A DNA stretch of 64,000 nucleotides, from positions 11,025,798 to 11,089,797 of the forward strand of contig MU054662.1 of the NCBI GenBank assembly GCA_013239625.1. Reading direction: 5' to 3'. Of this stretch, positions 24,925-37,054 are shown in pieces (within the stretch, counting starts at the first letter, position 1; each line of letters opens with the position of its first letter). A program made the translations under genes and the position numbers. Source of the stretch: Lama guanicoe. Taxonomy: Eukaryota. The notes beneath the pieces are model-generated. The model worked only from the letters and a program-made list of their open reading frames with translations. It was not told the origin of the DNA and did no database searches.

Positions 24925-26130
24925 TCTTACACCACTTACAAAAGTTAACTGAAAATGAATCATACACCTAAATGTAAACATTGAAACTATAGAACTCATA
25001 GAAGAAAATATTTACTCTAAGAGTAAATGTTTATGACCTGGGGTTAGGCAAAACCTTCTTAGATATGACGCCAAAATCACAAGCAACCATAACAACGAAA
25101 AAATTGGACTTCATCAAAATTAAAAATTTCTGTGCTATGAAGGACACCATCAAGAGAGTGAAGAGGCAACACACAGAATGGGAGAACATACTTGCAAGTC
25201 TTATACCTGAAAAGGGACTTTTATCCAAAGTAGGTAGAGAACTCTTATAACTCAATACTAAAAAAGACAACCACTTTTTAAATTGGCCAGTGATTTGAAC
25301 AAACTTACCGCCAAAGAAGATGTACAGCTGGCCCGTAGGTACATGAAGAGACACTCAACTTCATTAGTTGTCGGGGACGTACAAGTGAGAAACACAATGA
25401 GATGCCACTTCACACCCACCAGGATGGCCAGAATGAGAAAGAAATACCAAGTGTGGCGAGGCCGCATAGAGTGAGTTGGAAGGGCCCTTAGATACTGCTG
25501 AGTGGAATGGAACATGGTGCAGCTGCTTTGGAAAACAGTCTGGAAATTCCTCAAAATGTTCAACACAGAGTCACCGTATGACCCCGAACTTCCCCTTCTG
25601 GTCATACACCCAAAAGGAGTGAAAGCAAAAAGATATTTGCACACCCAAGTTCACAGTAGCATTACTCACCATACCGTAACCCGAAGATAGAAGCAACCCA
25701 GGTGGCCATCAGAGAATGAGCGGGTAAGCAGAATGCGGTTTATGCATACAATAGAGGTCACTTGGCCTTAAAAGGAATGAAAAACCTACATGTGCTACAA
25801 CACAGATGAACCTTGGATGCAAAAATGAAAGCAGCCAGTCCCAAAGGACGACATATTGTCTGATTCCCTTCCTGTGAAATGTCCAGGACACACAAATCTG
25901 TTAAAAGAGAAAGCAGATTTGTGGTTGCCTCGGGTTGAGGGGCAGAGGAGAAGTGGGCAGGGGCCACTAATGAGTACGGGGTTTCTTTTGGGAATGATGA
26001 AAATGTTCTAAAACTGGATCCTGATGACAGCTGCACAATTCTGTGACTTACTAAAAACCACTAAGTTGTGCACTATAAATGAGTGAGATGCGTGGTCTGT
26101 GAACTGTATCTCAATAAGGCTATTTGAAAA
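24925..26130 (+). mobile_element. L1MB-like ORF2 end and 3' UTR in BARX2 intron 3
   Basis: ttggacttcatcaaaattaaaaatttctgtg, cacttcacacccaccaggatggc, gaaaatgttctaaaactggat, ending ctcaataaggctatttgaaaa. Confidence 0.92.
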
Positions 26131-27149
26131 GAGAATTTATGGTTTATCGAGTTACTACATTCATTCTTGTAAGTCAGCACTTGGCCGTCCTCTGCCGCTC
26201 AGAGGAGAGAGCTGCAGTCAGTAAGTACTTCGTGGCCGCATAGAGTGAGTTGGAAGTCAGATGCTTGGAGCACAAAGCAAGGCGCAGATGCAGGATTTAC
26301 CTTCAAGGAGCGTCTGTTCAAATGAAGAAGTGAGGATCACAACAGGTGCGTAAGTAGCAAAAACAGAGCCCACTCGTAACCACCTGTGCCCCTCATCGTC
26401 CCCCTGAGGCCCTTCTCACCAGCTGCTCAGAAAACCAGCAGCGACGCCGGCTAGAGCTCAGAGCCAGTGGAGGACAGAGTGTCTGTTATACCCAGAGTAA
26501 CATGTACATGTTTAAAATACTGCCCCTGCCTACCTCATGGGGCGCTTGTGTACATCACACATTGGAACAGCAAGTGTGCAAGTCCTTTGAAGTCAGAGAA
26601 AGCCATCGGGTTACTATTATTTTGCTTACTTTATATCTTTCCTCAAGTCTGTGGAAAGGCATGTTGAGAGAGGTTAGTTCGTTCAGTGACAGTTGTTGAA
26701 TGCCTGCTGTGTGCAGGGACTGAGTGGGAGCGCCAGGCAAGGAAACACGAGTGACAGGCGCTGATGAAAATGCTCCGCTGGCGGGGGTACGGGGCGCTCA
26801 CAGGGCATACTGCGGAGGGCACTTACCTTAGACGTGGGAGGCCAGGGAAGGTCCCCAGGAGAAGCACCGTCTAAGCCGAGTGAACCCGGCGAGCAGGGTG
26901 GGAGGCACGCTCAGGAGAGGCAGTCTGCCAGAGACACCCCTGGCCCTTTCCTGCACCTTACTTGTTGGTCTCCTTCACCGTCGCCCTGTGCAATAAAGTA
27001 TGATCATCTCCATTTTACAGACTAGGAAACTGAGGCTCAGCGTTTAAAGGACTCTCCCAAAGACAAAGTGGATAAGTAACTTTCAGAGCAAGAACACTTT
27101 CTCCCAAGCGCCGCTGCTCCTTCGAACGATACAAAACCATGTTTTATAC

Positions 27150-27760
27150 CATCTTTTTTCTGAGTACAGAAACACTTACACGTGATCGTTGTTGAAAAAT
27201 TAGAAAAAATATTTAAAAAATTGTTTAATTATTCACGATCTGAGACTGCAGACAGGGTGGTATGTAGCTGCCTAGCCTCCAAATTGAATTGTGCTGGTTC
27301 AGAACCTGTTTTGCACAAAAATACATTAGTATTTCCCGTGTCACTTCACACTCTCCTATGTGATGACTAGTGGTTATCGTGTCCTCTCTCCGCCTTACAA
27401 TTATGTGCCCAATCACATGGTGGAGCTTATGTGTGTTTCTCCAAATTTGTGTTATTATAACCAATTTTGTGATGAACATTTTTGTACGTCAATCATTGTC
27501 TCAATCTTTGATGACTTCTGTAGGCTAAGCTGTTAAAAGTGCAATTTCTGTGCCAAAGAGTATGCACATTTTAAGACCTGGTTTAAATTCTCAGATTGTC
27601 TTTGGAAAAGCTGTAACTAATTATACTTTCACACTTGCGTGTGAGTGTTTTCCTGTTTGTTAACAAATATTGTCTTTAAACTTGTCAACTTGCTATCACA
27701 TTCCTACTTTAGTTTCCATGTCTTTCCCTCTTGTTGAAGTTGGATTTTTCAGTGTGTTTA
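27150..27760 (-). mobile_element. Degraded L1ME-like fragment
   Basis: gatgaacatttttgtac...ctgtgccaaagagtatgcacattttaag...ggaaaagctgtaactaattatac. Confidence 0.5.
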
Positions 27761-27985
27761 TGATCACTGTATTTAATGCCAATGGATGTGGTATTGATTT
27801 AAAAAGTGCACTGAGCCTTTAAAGGATGAAGCTGACTTTGCAGACTGGAGGTGACCTGTGGAGAATACTTTTTGCCAAACCTTGTGACTTCACTGCTGGG
27901 GAGGGATGGTTTAGGTGCCCCGTGAGTGGGAAAGTGGCAGGAAGGAGTTATTTCTTAGATCTGATGACTGTTTTTCTCCATGTAG

Positions 27986-28252
27986 GTTCTTAAAGGTGGA
28001 CAGGAAGCACCCACAAAACCCAAAGGTCGTCCCAAAAAGAACTCCATCCCCACATCAGAAGAGATCGAAGCTGAGGAGAAGCTGAACAGCCAGGCCCAGA
28101 GCCAGGAGCCCAGGGAGCCCTCCCAGGGCCAGGAGGGCATCTGTGACACGCAGGAACCGAAAGCACGCGGTGGCCCCTTAGAAGTGGCCGAGCCCCCCAG
28201 CCAGCCCCAGGAGTTGCTGGTAGCCTCTTCAGAACCCCCACCATCAAGCTAA
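27986..28252 (+). CDS. BARX2: BARX2 terminal coding exon 4 (267 bp including TAA)
   Basis: Acceptor tttttctccatgtAG. Translates VLKGGQEAPTKPKGRPKKNSIPTSEEIEAEEKLNSQAQSQE...SSEPPPSS*, including the Barx basic region and acidic C-terminus. TAA at 28250-28252. Confidence 0.97.
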   Translation, partial: VLKGGQEAPTKPKGRPKKNSIPTSEEIEAEEKLNSQAQSQEPREPSQGQEGICDTQEPKARGGPLEVAEPPSQPQELLVASSEPPPSS

Positions 28253-28965
28253 GATAAAGCTCCTTTTGGGGAGGGGGACTGGGAAGAAGGGAAAGAGAGA
28301 AGGCAGGGAGAACAGGGGGAGGAAAGCTTCCGGGAGCTGGGTGGCCTGGGGGAGACGACACCGCCGGCTCCCGGCTTCCTCCCCACAGGTCTCTCCAGGA
28401 GCATCTGGGGAAGACTTGCTCGCCTGAAAGGCGCTTTAGCCTCGGATGCCCCCGACTAAGGGAGACAGTGCCTTGGAACTGCCGGCCCCGGTTGGGGGGA
28501 CGCCGCGGGGCCGCCGGGGTCCAAGCCCCCCGGCGCGGTGGAGGGTGCTGTCTGCTCTCCCCCTCCAGCCTCTGGGCAGCCGGTCGTCAAAGCGGAAAGA
28601 GACGGAGGCCTGGGCAGCACGCCCGGGTTCCTTGCTGACTCAGCACTTACTTCTGTCGTTTTCAAACAGAATTTAATGTTTTTGGTTGTTGTTGGCTTTT
28701 TTTTGGCAGTGGGAGGGTGGGGTTGGTGAGGGTGGGGAAATAGGATTTGGGGGAAGGGAGTTCTGAGTTAATAGAATAAAGTTTGTTTGTTTGAAGACAC
28801 GCGTGCCTTTGTACCCATTATAAGATGGTCAGGTGACCCAAGAACTTGATAAACCTTGTTTTTCTTGCTTCATTAAGTTGCCATCCCTGAAGCTGCAATG
28901 CAGATACCTGCAATGTTAAGATGACTTTTATTTTTTAATTAAAAATAAATCTTTCAAAAGGACTG
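28253..28965 (+). other. BARX2: BARX2 3' UTR (end approximate)
   Basis: Follows the stop codon, contains no recognisable repeats, and ends at AATAAA 28944-28949 followed by a GT-rich tract. Confidence 0.75.
28775..28780 (+). terminator. Proximal candidate polyadenylation signal
   Basis: AATAAA followed by GTTTGTTTGTTTG. Confidence 0.4.
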
Positions 28966-28980
28966 GGTGTGTTGTTTCTT
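28938..28980 (+). terminator. Distal polyadenylation signal of BARX2
   Basis: ATTAAA (28938-43) adjoining AATAAA (28944-49), a U-rich upstream element, and downstream GTGTGTTGTTTCTT. Confidence 0.7.
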
Positions 28981-31915
28981 CTGGGGAGAGTATTTAGCCC
29001 TTCTTGAATATGTCCTAAGGGAAGAGAGACCCAGAGATGGCCTATTCCCCTGGGCTTTAATTTCCCGAGCAAGAACACTTACGACTGGGCCAGGCCACTG
29101 GCGTCCAAATACAGAGCAACCAAAGCAGCCCCAAGAGGCAGGGGAGCTGGGGCCCTGCTGGAGCGTCCAGCTTTAAAAGCTTCTTCAAAGAGGTGATAAA
29201 TTCATAGGCTTCAAAAATCAGGCTATATAAAAAGTCTTGCTTCCCTCCTGCCCCCTGTACCCAATCCCCTCATCCCTTGCAGGGAACCACCTTTATTGGG
29301 TTTTGTGGATTTTTCTGTATTAAGTAGCCATTAGGATGATGGCTGCAACTCTTAACAAAGGAGAATTTGAGAACTACTTGGCTACACGTGCTCTAGGATT
29401 CTGAACTTAAAATGATGCCCCACTTTTAATAAGGCCAGGAAAGAGGTAGCTTCCAGACTTCTAAAGTGAGAACTCTGACTCTGTTCTTGTTCCACTGTCC
29501 CACAGACCGGCCCAGAGGCTCCATCCCACAGGGGGCTCTTTGTCACGGCTCCCCTGACATGTGCATTTGTGACGTCCACGGGGCAGGTGCCCATCTCGTG
29601 GGCTGCCAACTAGCAATTACACAGGAACTCCCCAATGTGGGCTTGGGAAATAGAAACTGACTTTAATAATGGCCTCACCTGGGAAGTCACACCTGTCCCT
29701 TGTTCTGCAGAACAAATCATACCCTCTTCACAGTTAAGCAGGAACAAGCTACTTGTTTTCAGTAATCTGGCTGCTGGCTTCCCTCCATTAACGCAGACAG
29801 TTTGGACTTGGCCAAAGCAGTGCCTGCCTTCCCTTGGCCGTTGGGATCAACAGAGAGAAAAGTCTCTTTCTTAAACTCTCTGAATAGACAAAGGAGGTAA
29901 GGATCTGGCCTCTGAGAACCAGTCTGTGCAGACCGCACCCAGCCGTTTGCAGAGTGTCTTGCTCTGGGCCCGCGGGAAGCTGCCTCCCTCAGCTCCAGCC
30001 CACCCCACGCAGCTTTATGGTCTGCCTGCCAGGCGGCGTCCCAGCGGCCAATGTAAGCAGATGAGTCTGTGCCAGCGTGGTCCCTCCTGAGGAACTGTTC
30101 TGCCCTGTTCCCCACCCCAGGAAGGCCTTCATTCGGACGCTGTTCTCCTATGATGGTTCTCGGTCTCTGGCCCTGGGCTCTCGTACTGGCCGCCTCCTGC
30201 GTGTGTACCGTGACTGGCATCGCACAGGTACACACACCTGGCCTTCCCAAGCCTGGGTGCTGGGCACTGTTTCTGAACCCCAGCCCTGAGCTCCTGGCCT
30301 GCCATCTCTGGTATTGTTTCTGGGTCCTAAGGGTTCAAGGGATCAGTGGGGAACTTAAGAGCTTGGATTATCTCCCCTCCTGTTTTGGAAGCCCCGAGCC
30401 CAAGGTGACCTCCACTGACAGGCCCAGGGATTGTCCTCTGGCCTCAGCTCAGCACAGCTCAGCCCTGGGGCTCAAAAGTGGGCCGGGGCTGGGCCTTCCC
30501 AACGCAACTGGGTACTGATTTGGGGCTGAGCCGTGCTCTACCTCCACCTCCATCCTTCCCTTCTCCCTCTAGTTCCCGAGCCTTGTGCCCGGCACCCAGA
30601 ACCAGCCCCACAGATTTCTTATGGGGCTCCATTTCCTCACTTTCTCTGCCTCCTTCTTGAGGGCCAAGTCCCCCCCAAGTCATCTACCTCTGAGGACCCT
30701 GCTGAGCAAACACGTTCCCTCCCTTCTCCAGCATCTGGGATGGTGATCCCTGAGGGGTCAGTCTTATTTTGCAGTCTGGTCACCTGCTGCTTTCTGTTTC
30801 CCAGAAGAAGGGAGACACCGAGGCAAACTGACCATGTGAGGAAGTGACCACACGAGGCTTCAGCCTCCTGACTTTTGCACCGTCTCTCCCTGTGAGGACT
30901 GGCGGGCTCTTTACCAGCACTTCTAGCTGATGCTGCCCCCTCGGGGCTGAGAGCCAAGCCCGGGAGCCTCCCTCTAGCCTTGGAAACCAGTCTCCATCTT
31001 TTCTGGGGACGGGGGGACAGGGGGACGGGGGAGGCTTCTAGCAGCAGTCTCCCTGCCCTCAGCTTTGCCCTGATGCCAGGTTCAGAGGGGGCCCTTGCCA
31101 GTGACACGGGGCGGCAGCCGGGGACAGCTGCTTCTGCTCCCACTGCCTGGATTCCTGGGGCAGGTCCTGGGTCCTCGGTGTTGGTGCAACAATGCGTGCG
31201 TATCTGGGGCACAGCTCCCCCTGACTTACGTCTCCATCATGAACAAGGTTTGCTGAGACAACACTCACCTGGCTGGACTCAGTCCCCAGGGGGGTGTCAC
31301 ACTGCGAGCTTCCAGCCCTGAACTAGTCTGAACAGATCTCTCAGAACCAACCGGAAGTCTGTCTCAGAGACTGGTCAGTTCTAGAATCATCTTAGAGAGG
31401 GGGCTCTGGGGACGTCGGTGACTTGCCCTGAGGGTTCCCCTGCCCTTCTCAGAGCCTTTCCACCCCATCCACCCGGCCTCGCCCCACGCCTGGGCCGGGC
31501 CCGGGCTGGCGCTGGACTGCCGGGCACGAAGCGCTCTCCTCAACAAGCCGCGCTCGTCAGCCTGGGCACGTGCCGTCCACTCGGCAGCAAATGACCAGGG
31601 ACTTCGCAGGAGCAAGCCAGACTGTCCCCGGGTTCCCCCAGCAGCCCTCCTGCCTGGTCGGCCGCGGGGCGACTGCCTGATCCCTGGCCGTTTTCCACAG
31701 ACACCGCCTCAATCTTGCCCCCATCACATGTCACGTGTGACGGATCCGCTGAAGGGCAGGAAGCACTGCTCTGCGTGCGGACACACACGCACGTGCACAC
31801 ACACGCACACACACACCTGTTTCTCAGGATCTCCATGCACTGAATTGCTTGTATGCCTAAAGCACCAAGGAGCTGCTGCTGTGCTGTGTCTAAATAGCCC
31901 CCTACCCCTGCCTGC

Positions 31916-31963
31916 CACACACACACACACACACACGCGCGCGCGCGCACGCGCGCACACACA
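31916..31963. repeat. (CA)n-(CG)6-(CA/CG) alternating purine-pyrimidine microsatellite
   Basis: 48 bp of uninterrupted RY alternation seen directly; a second RY tract lies at about 31781-31816. Confidence 0.95.
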
Positions 31964-34900
31964 AACTCCCCTCCGCCGCCCTTGCCGAGCGCTGCCTCGT
32001 CCAGGCTTCTTCCTCCTCTTCTGAACCTTCCCGTCCGGCTCTGGGAGGCTGCTCCCCGGCCTTGCCTGTGCCCCGGAGACAACGTCCTCTCCCTTCCTGC
32101 CCCGGTCCCTCTCCCTCTCCCTTCTCAGCATAAGAGTCTGAAGCTACCTCTTCCTGTCCCTTCATTAACCTCACCTCTGCCCCAGCCTAACCTGTTCATT
32201 CCTCTCTCGCTGCTTCCTGTTAATGCATCCTTTGTCATCATCACTGTGGTCCTGCCATAGTTCCAGAGAGAACACGGATTTGTTTTGTCTCCCTGATAGA
32301 GCGTAAATTCCTTGAGGCTGTTTTTCAGTTTCTATGTTCTGAGTCTCTCTTTCTGCACGGAGACTTGTGGCCTCCTGCTGACATGGTTCCTGGCCCAGAG
32401 CTTTTGAGTTCTCAGCAGAAGGGCGGGTCCAGCTCCCGGCCACAAAGCAACTCTCCTGTCACTGACCACTGTTGGTACCAGCTCACTGGCTGCAGGGCTG
32501 GGAGACGAGAGGAAAAGCACAGCAAAGCATCTCTGTCGTTTGCAGAAACATTCCCACCACCCACGGGAAGCAGTGCCAGGCTGCTTCCACAGGGGCAGAG
32601 AGTGGGGGGCGACAGGGGGCCCACACTTGGCGGCCTGCAAGGCCAGAGGTCAGTTCACACCCCATCTTGCCAACTCTTCTGGGGAAAAGGTGTTGACGGG
32701 GCTCTGGGGAGGATGCCCTTGGAAGATTTTCCCCAAGGAGATCACAGGTGGGGTTGCAGCCAGCAGCCTGGGAGGAAGACGCTTACCAAGATGTTTGTTT
32801 TAAACAAAATTAAAGTCCTGTCTAGACCCAATTCCTATCTGTAGCTGGTGGTGGGTTGGGAGACAGTGTGACGTGGCTCACGAGGCAAAGTTCAAAGATG
32901 GCTGAAGGGGGATGAGGCGTTCTGGAGGATGAGGGGGACGAGGGGCAGCAATGGTGGGAAGGTGACAGCTGCCCCTGGGGCCCAGCTCTGAGCATCTTGG
33001 GATGGGTAGCACCAGACACATCCTTTCCCCCTGCAGAGGGGGCATCTGGGAAAGACGGCAGCCCCTCAAGAGAGGGCCCAGCCAGGTCAGAAGCCAGCGC
33101 AGTCCTCTGCCCTCAGAAAGCAGGGTGCCCAGGGCCTTGAGGGGCCCAAGTGGCGTCCTCCCAGATTCAAGTCGGCAGGCATTTTCCCGGTGCCCACCCC
33201 GTGCTAGTGCTCAGGGCATGGAGGCTGGGGGCGGGGCGCAGGGGACACGTCTCTGCCCTCAAATAAGACATCTTGCTGAACTTACACTTCAGTGAGTTTC
33301 AGAGCAAGGGCAGGGATTCGAGCGCGACTGTCGTGGTGGGTACACCTGCCCCTAGCCTGTGAGATGGCGTTCTTCCAAGGCAGGGAAGGTGACTCGTGGA
33401 AGACACATCTCCACACACGTACACCTCTAATCCGAGACCGTCGCCCAAATCCTGGGCAGAGGGTGATTTAGAGCAGCAGAAAGGTCCCGGTAACAGCCCC
33501 CGAAATCCAGGTGCGGATCCCAGGAAGGATGGGGCTCGGCAGCAGCCTATTTTGGCCTCCCTGCGTCCCGCACTCGCCTGGCCAGCGCGCAGCAGCCGCC
33601 GGGTGTGCGTCCTTCCTCCAGGTCAGCAGGGGCCAGCAGGGAGCGGGGCCCACCCTGCCTGCTGAGAGCGCTGGCAAGTCTCTGTGACAGGCTCCTTTCA
33701 TACCTGACCTCCTTTCCTTCCCAAACCCTCTTCCCTTCTGTTTATTTTGGTTACAGATTTATTAGACACACAGTTAAGTGCCCATTTAGCTCTGCAAACT
33801 GTCATCACGCCTGCTTCATGAATAAGATCATTCACTGACAAAACCCTTCAAACATTTTTTAAGAAGAAGGTGGGGAGGGACGGGGGAAGGAGAGGACGGG
33901 GAAAGAGCGCCCAGGGCAGTGAGGGGGCCAGGAACAACCGAAACTCAAGGGCCGCCTCTCCTGCCGCTCAAGAATGTCATCACGGCCTCGGCGCCGCCTC
34001 GAGTTCACCCTGTCTGTCAAGACACGTGTCATCCCACCTGCAGGACGGCGGGGTCTAGAGTTCACTCCTTTGTCCTGGCTGTGTGCACCTGCTGTAGGTG
34101 GTGGCCCAGAACCCCAAGGCCTGTCAGGCGAGTCCTCAGTCCACGTGCTGTGATCCGAACCCTCCCGGTTCGGCCAGGGCTCCCCTCCTCCAGGTGGCAT
34201 TTCTTCCCAGACACCTGGGGGCCCCTTACCCACACCCACACGTAGCTCTGCCAAGAGAGCAGACCCTGGTCCCGGGTCTCCGTCCCTGACCCTATGCCAG
34301 GACCATTTACATCATCCCATCTAACCACCTGGGCAGCCCACGAACACGGCCGCGCTGTTACCATCTCCGCGCAGCGGGGGTGAAGCTGAGACAACGGCGA
34401 AGTGACTGGCGCTGCTCCCTAATGACCCCAAACCGGCCTGTGTTCCCGTCTAAGGAAGCGGAGGTGACAGCCTGATCTGAGGCTGGCAGACCCCTGTGTC
34501 CCTCAGCATCTCCGGCAGGGCCTAGGCCCCTGCTCCCACGCAGCTGTAACTGGGGCACCTTTCACACCTGCCCTCACAGTGTGGGGTGCAGAGAGCAGAT
34601 CTCGGTCGGCGCCTCGAGTGTGAGCCATCAAGCCCTCCACCCGCCCGCCCGGACCGGCAGCAGTCCTGCCCCACCCCCTCTACTGCGCCCCCAGAGGCTG
34701 GGAATAGTCCTCGTGCTGGGCTGTGTGGTCACCTGCAGTGCCCTGGAAAGGGGGTCTCGTGTCTGGAGGAAGCTCGGTGGGAGGGGTCGTGTCTGAAGCA
34801 GAGTAACAGCCAGCGTCCTCACCACAGAACTAGCAGCAGTGCTGGGGACGCCGGCTCCACCCCAACGCGGGAGGGTGGCGCAGGAGCTGGCGGACCCTCG

Positions 34901-36834
34901 GCAGGGCTGCCTGGAGTGCCGAGTCCTCCGTTCTAGCTCCGACACGGGCGCTGCCCCGTCTCAGCCGTCCTGGGTGACCGCTGAGGTCCAGGCCAGCCCG
35001 GGAGCTCCAGTTCTGGACCCAGATCATCACCCCTCAGCCCCCCACCCCCAGAGCCAGCCTTCCTTTACCTGCTCCTCCCTGTCCTCCACTCCGGGCTGCT
35101 TCTGCAGCCTTTCTTTCTTTTTATTTGCAGTATATGTTCAGCGCAAGTAAATTCTGTAATATGAGAAAGTCACTATGAACCAAAGCACAGTTCACAGATA
35201 CAACATAAAATCAAAGCAGATGTTCAACAAGCAAATATGGAGCAAGAAGGAGGATTCACTTACACACCCAAAAGCTTGAGCTGTGCTGAAGCTGACTGTA
35301 TTTTTTGTACCGCTTTCTAAGGATGGCAAATATTTGCTTTTGTTACCAAGGCTACTGTGCCTGTCTGGACCCTGGAACAGTGTTCAGTCATGGCAATCAA
35401 AGTATTCGAGGAGAACCTATTTCTTTAAAAAAAAGGTAAACACAGCGGCAACCGTACAAGACTTACTTTGCAGAATCAAGCCTGTTTTAGACTGAGTGTC
35501 AAGTTCTGTTTAAAACACTGGCTGACACACACTGTGCTTCAAAGCTAGTTTTATGCATACAGGTGAAAAAAAGTATTTCCAAAAATAGCATAAGAGAATT
35601 TTTGTGAGCTCAATTCAGGTGAATGTCTAATGTTGAATTTATCTCATTTTTCACTTCTTTCAAGATTTACAAAAAATGCTCAATGGACCTTTTAAATTTT
35701 TATGTATTATTTTACACATGCTGAAATAAAAAGTACTAATTTAAAGTTATTTGGGGCCATATTTTTGTAGCTGGAAGAATCTGACTCTCTTCTGGGGAAT
35801 CGAAATGTGTAAAGGGAAATGCCCAGCTTGTAACCTTCTTGGCTCATAAGCAAGATTTAGTAATTAGCCTGGGTCTGGGGTAGTTTCCAGCCCCTCATTA
35901 CCCTGGCACAGGTCAATTACTTTCAGCAAGTCAAATGCAAAACCCCAGAGAAAACAATGTAGCTCCAAGAGTACAGGGAAGGCTTATCAATGGAAACGTT
36001 TGTCCAGAGCAAGCCAGCACCAAACCAGAGCTGCGGAAACAACACGGAGCAGGTTCACAGCAGAAGCGAGGTTCCTGCCGCTGCACACACAGACAGAGCC
36101 CGGAAGCGTTCCATCCTCTCTGATTATCTTACAGCCATCTAGACTGACCCAAAGTGAAAGCCGAGTCTCCTTTCCACATTCTATTCTTTTATTCTAGAGG
36201 AAGGTAAAAATCTTTTCTTTTCACTTCCGAAGTGGAGTTTTGGGTGTGTATATTTCCCAAGCCACACTTAATATGTCTACATCTCTCTTCAGTCTTGGAC
36301 GAGAAATTCCATTTGCCAGAGTTAGCACTGCACCCACTGTCCAGTTAAACCCCTCAGACGTTCCTCAAACCAATCAGATTAAGGATTCTCAATATTTTAT
36401 GAATCATATTTGTGTCAATAAAATTAAGGGGTGAAATTTAGTAGATTTGGTAAGGATTTTTTAATTTCTTTTACTGCCATTCCAGACTTCAAGAAGCAGC
36501 TGTCTCAATTCTGGAAGATGGGGTTAGGGAAGTGTAGCTGTTTTTTGACCAGAGCCAAGGCTCTGAGTCCAGGTTTAAGGGCTGGTATGTCCCTTAAGTC
36601 TTTTTATATCTATAAAATGGTCTCTCTTTCATCTTTTTTCCCACTTGCCAATTGGATGTTTTGTTTCTACACATTAAAGAGATTGACATCAGTATGAACC
36701 CATGACATATTTTATCTTTTAAAAAAAGTGTTCCTAGCTCTGCCTTCAGAAAAGACCAAGAAACAAGGATTAACCCAGTGGCAGTGGAAACTCTGGACAC
36801 CTAGATGATGGCTTCCACGTTTTCTTTTCCCCCA

Positions 36835-37052
36835 CTAAAAGAAAACCAGGACTCTTGGAAATGGCTCATTCCGGGTCTGGGGAAGGAATTCCATAAGGTT
36901 GTCTTGGGATGTCTGCTTGCATTGGAAGGTAGTGAAAATATTAAACACCACCAGGCCATGTTAAAAGGATGTAAGGGACATAGGAGCCAACTGGAAGAGG
37001 TGTCCACTGACTAAAAGTGGGACAATGCGAGTATTGGTCAGAGTAATAACTG
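36835..37052 (+). mobile_element. L1MC-like 3' fragment
   Basis: gaaaaccaggactcttggaaatggct...ggacataggagccaactggaagag...aaagtgggacaat. Confidence 0.65.
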
Positions 37053-37054
37053 GC

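Noticed and set aside
27957-27985. Alternative upstream AG for exon 4 (27 nt longer, ATC TGA stop)
   Set aside because: Short pyrimidine tract with purine-rich upstream sequence; no support beyond the AG itself.
30930-30950. CTCF-like motifs (also about 8289 and 58480)
   Set aside because: Partial matches only, common in GC-rich DNA, and not supportable without PWM scoring or ChIP data.
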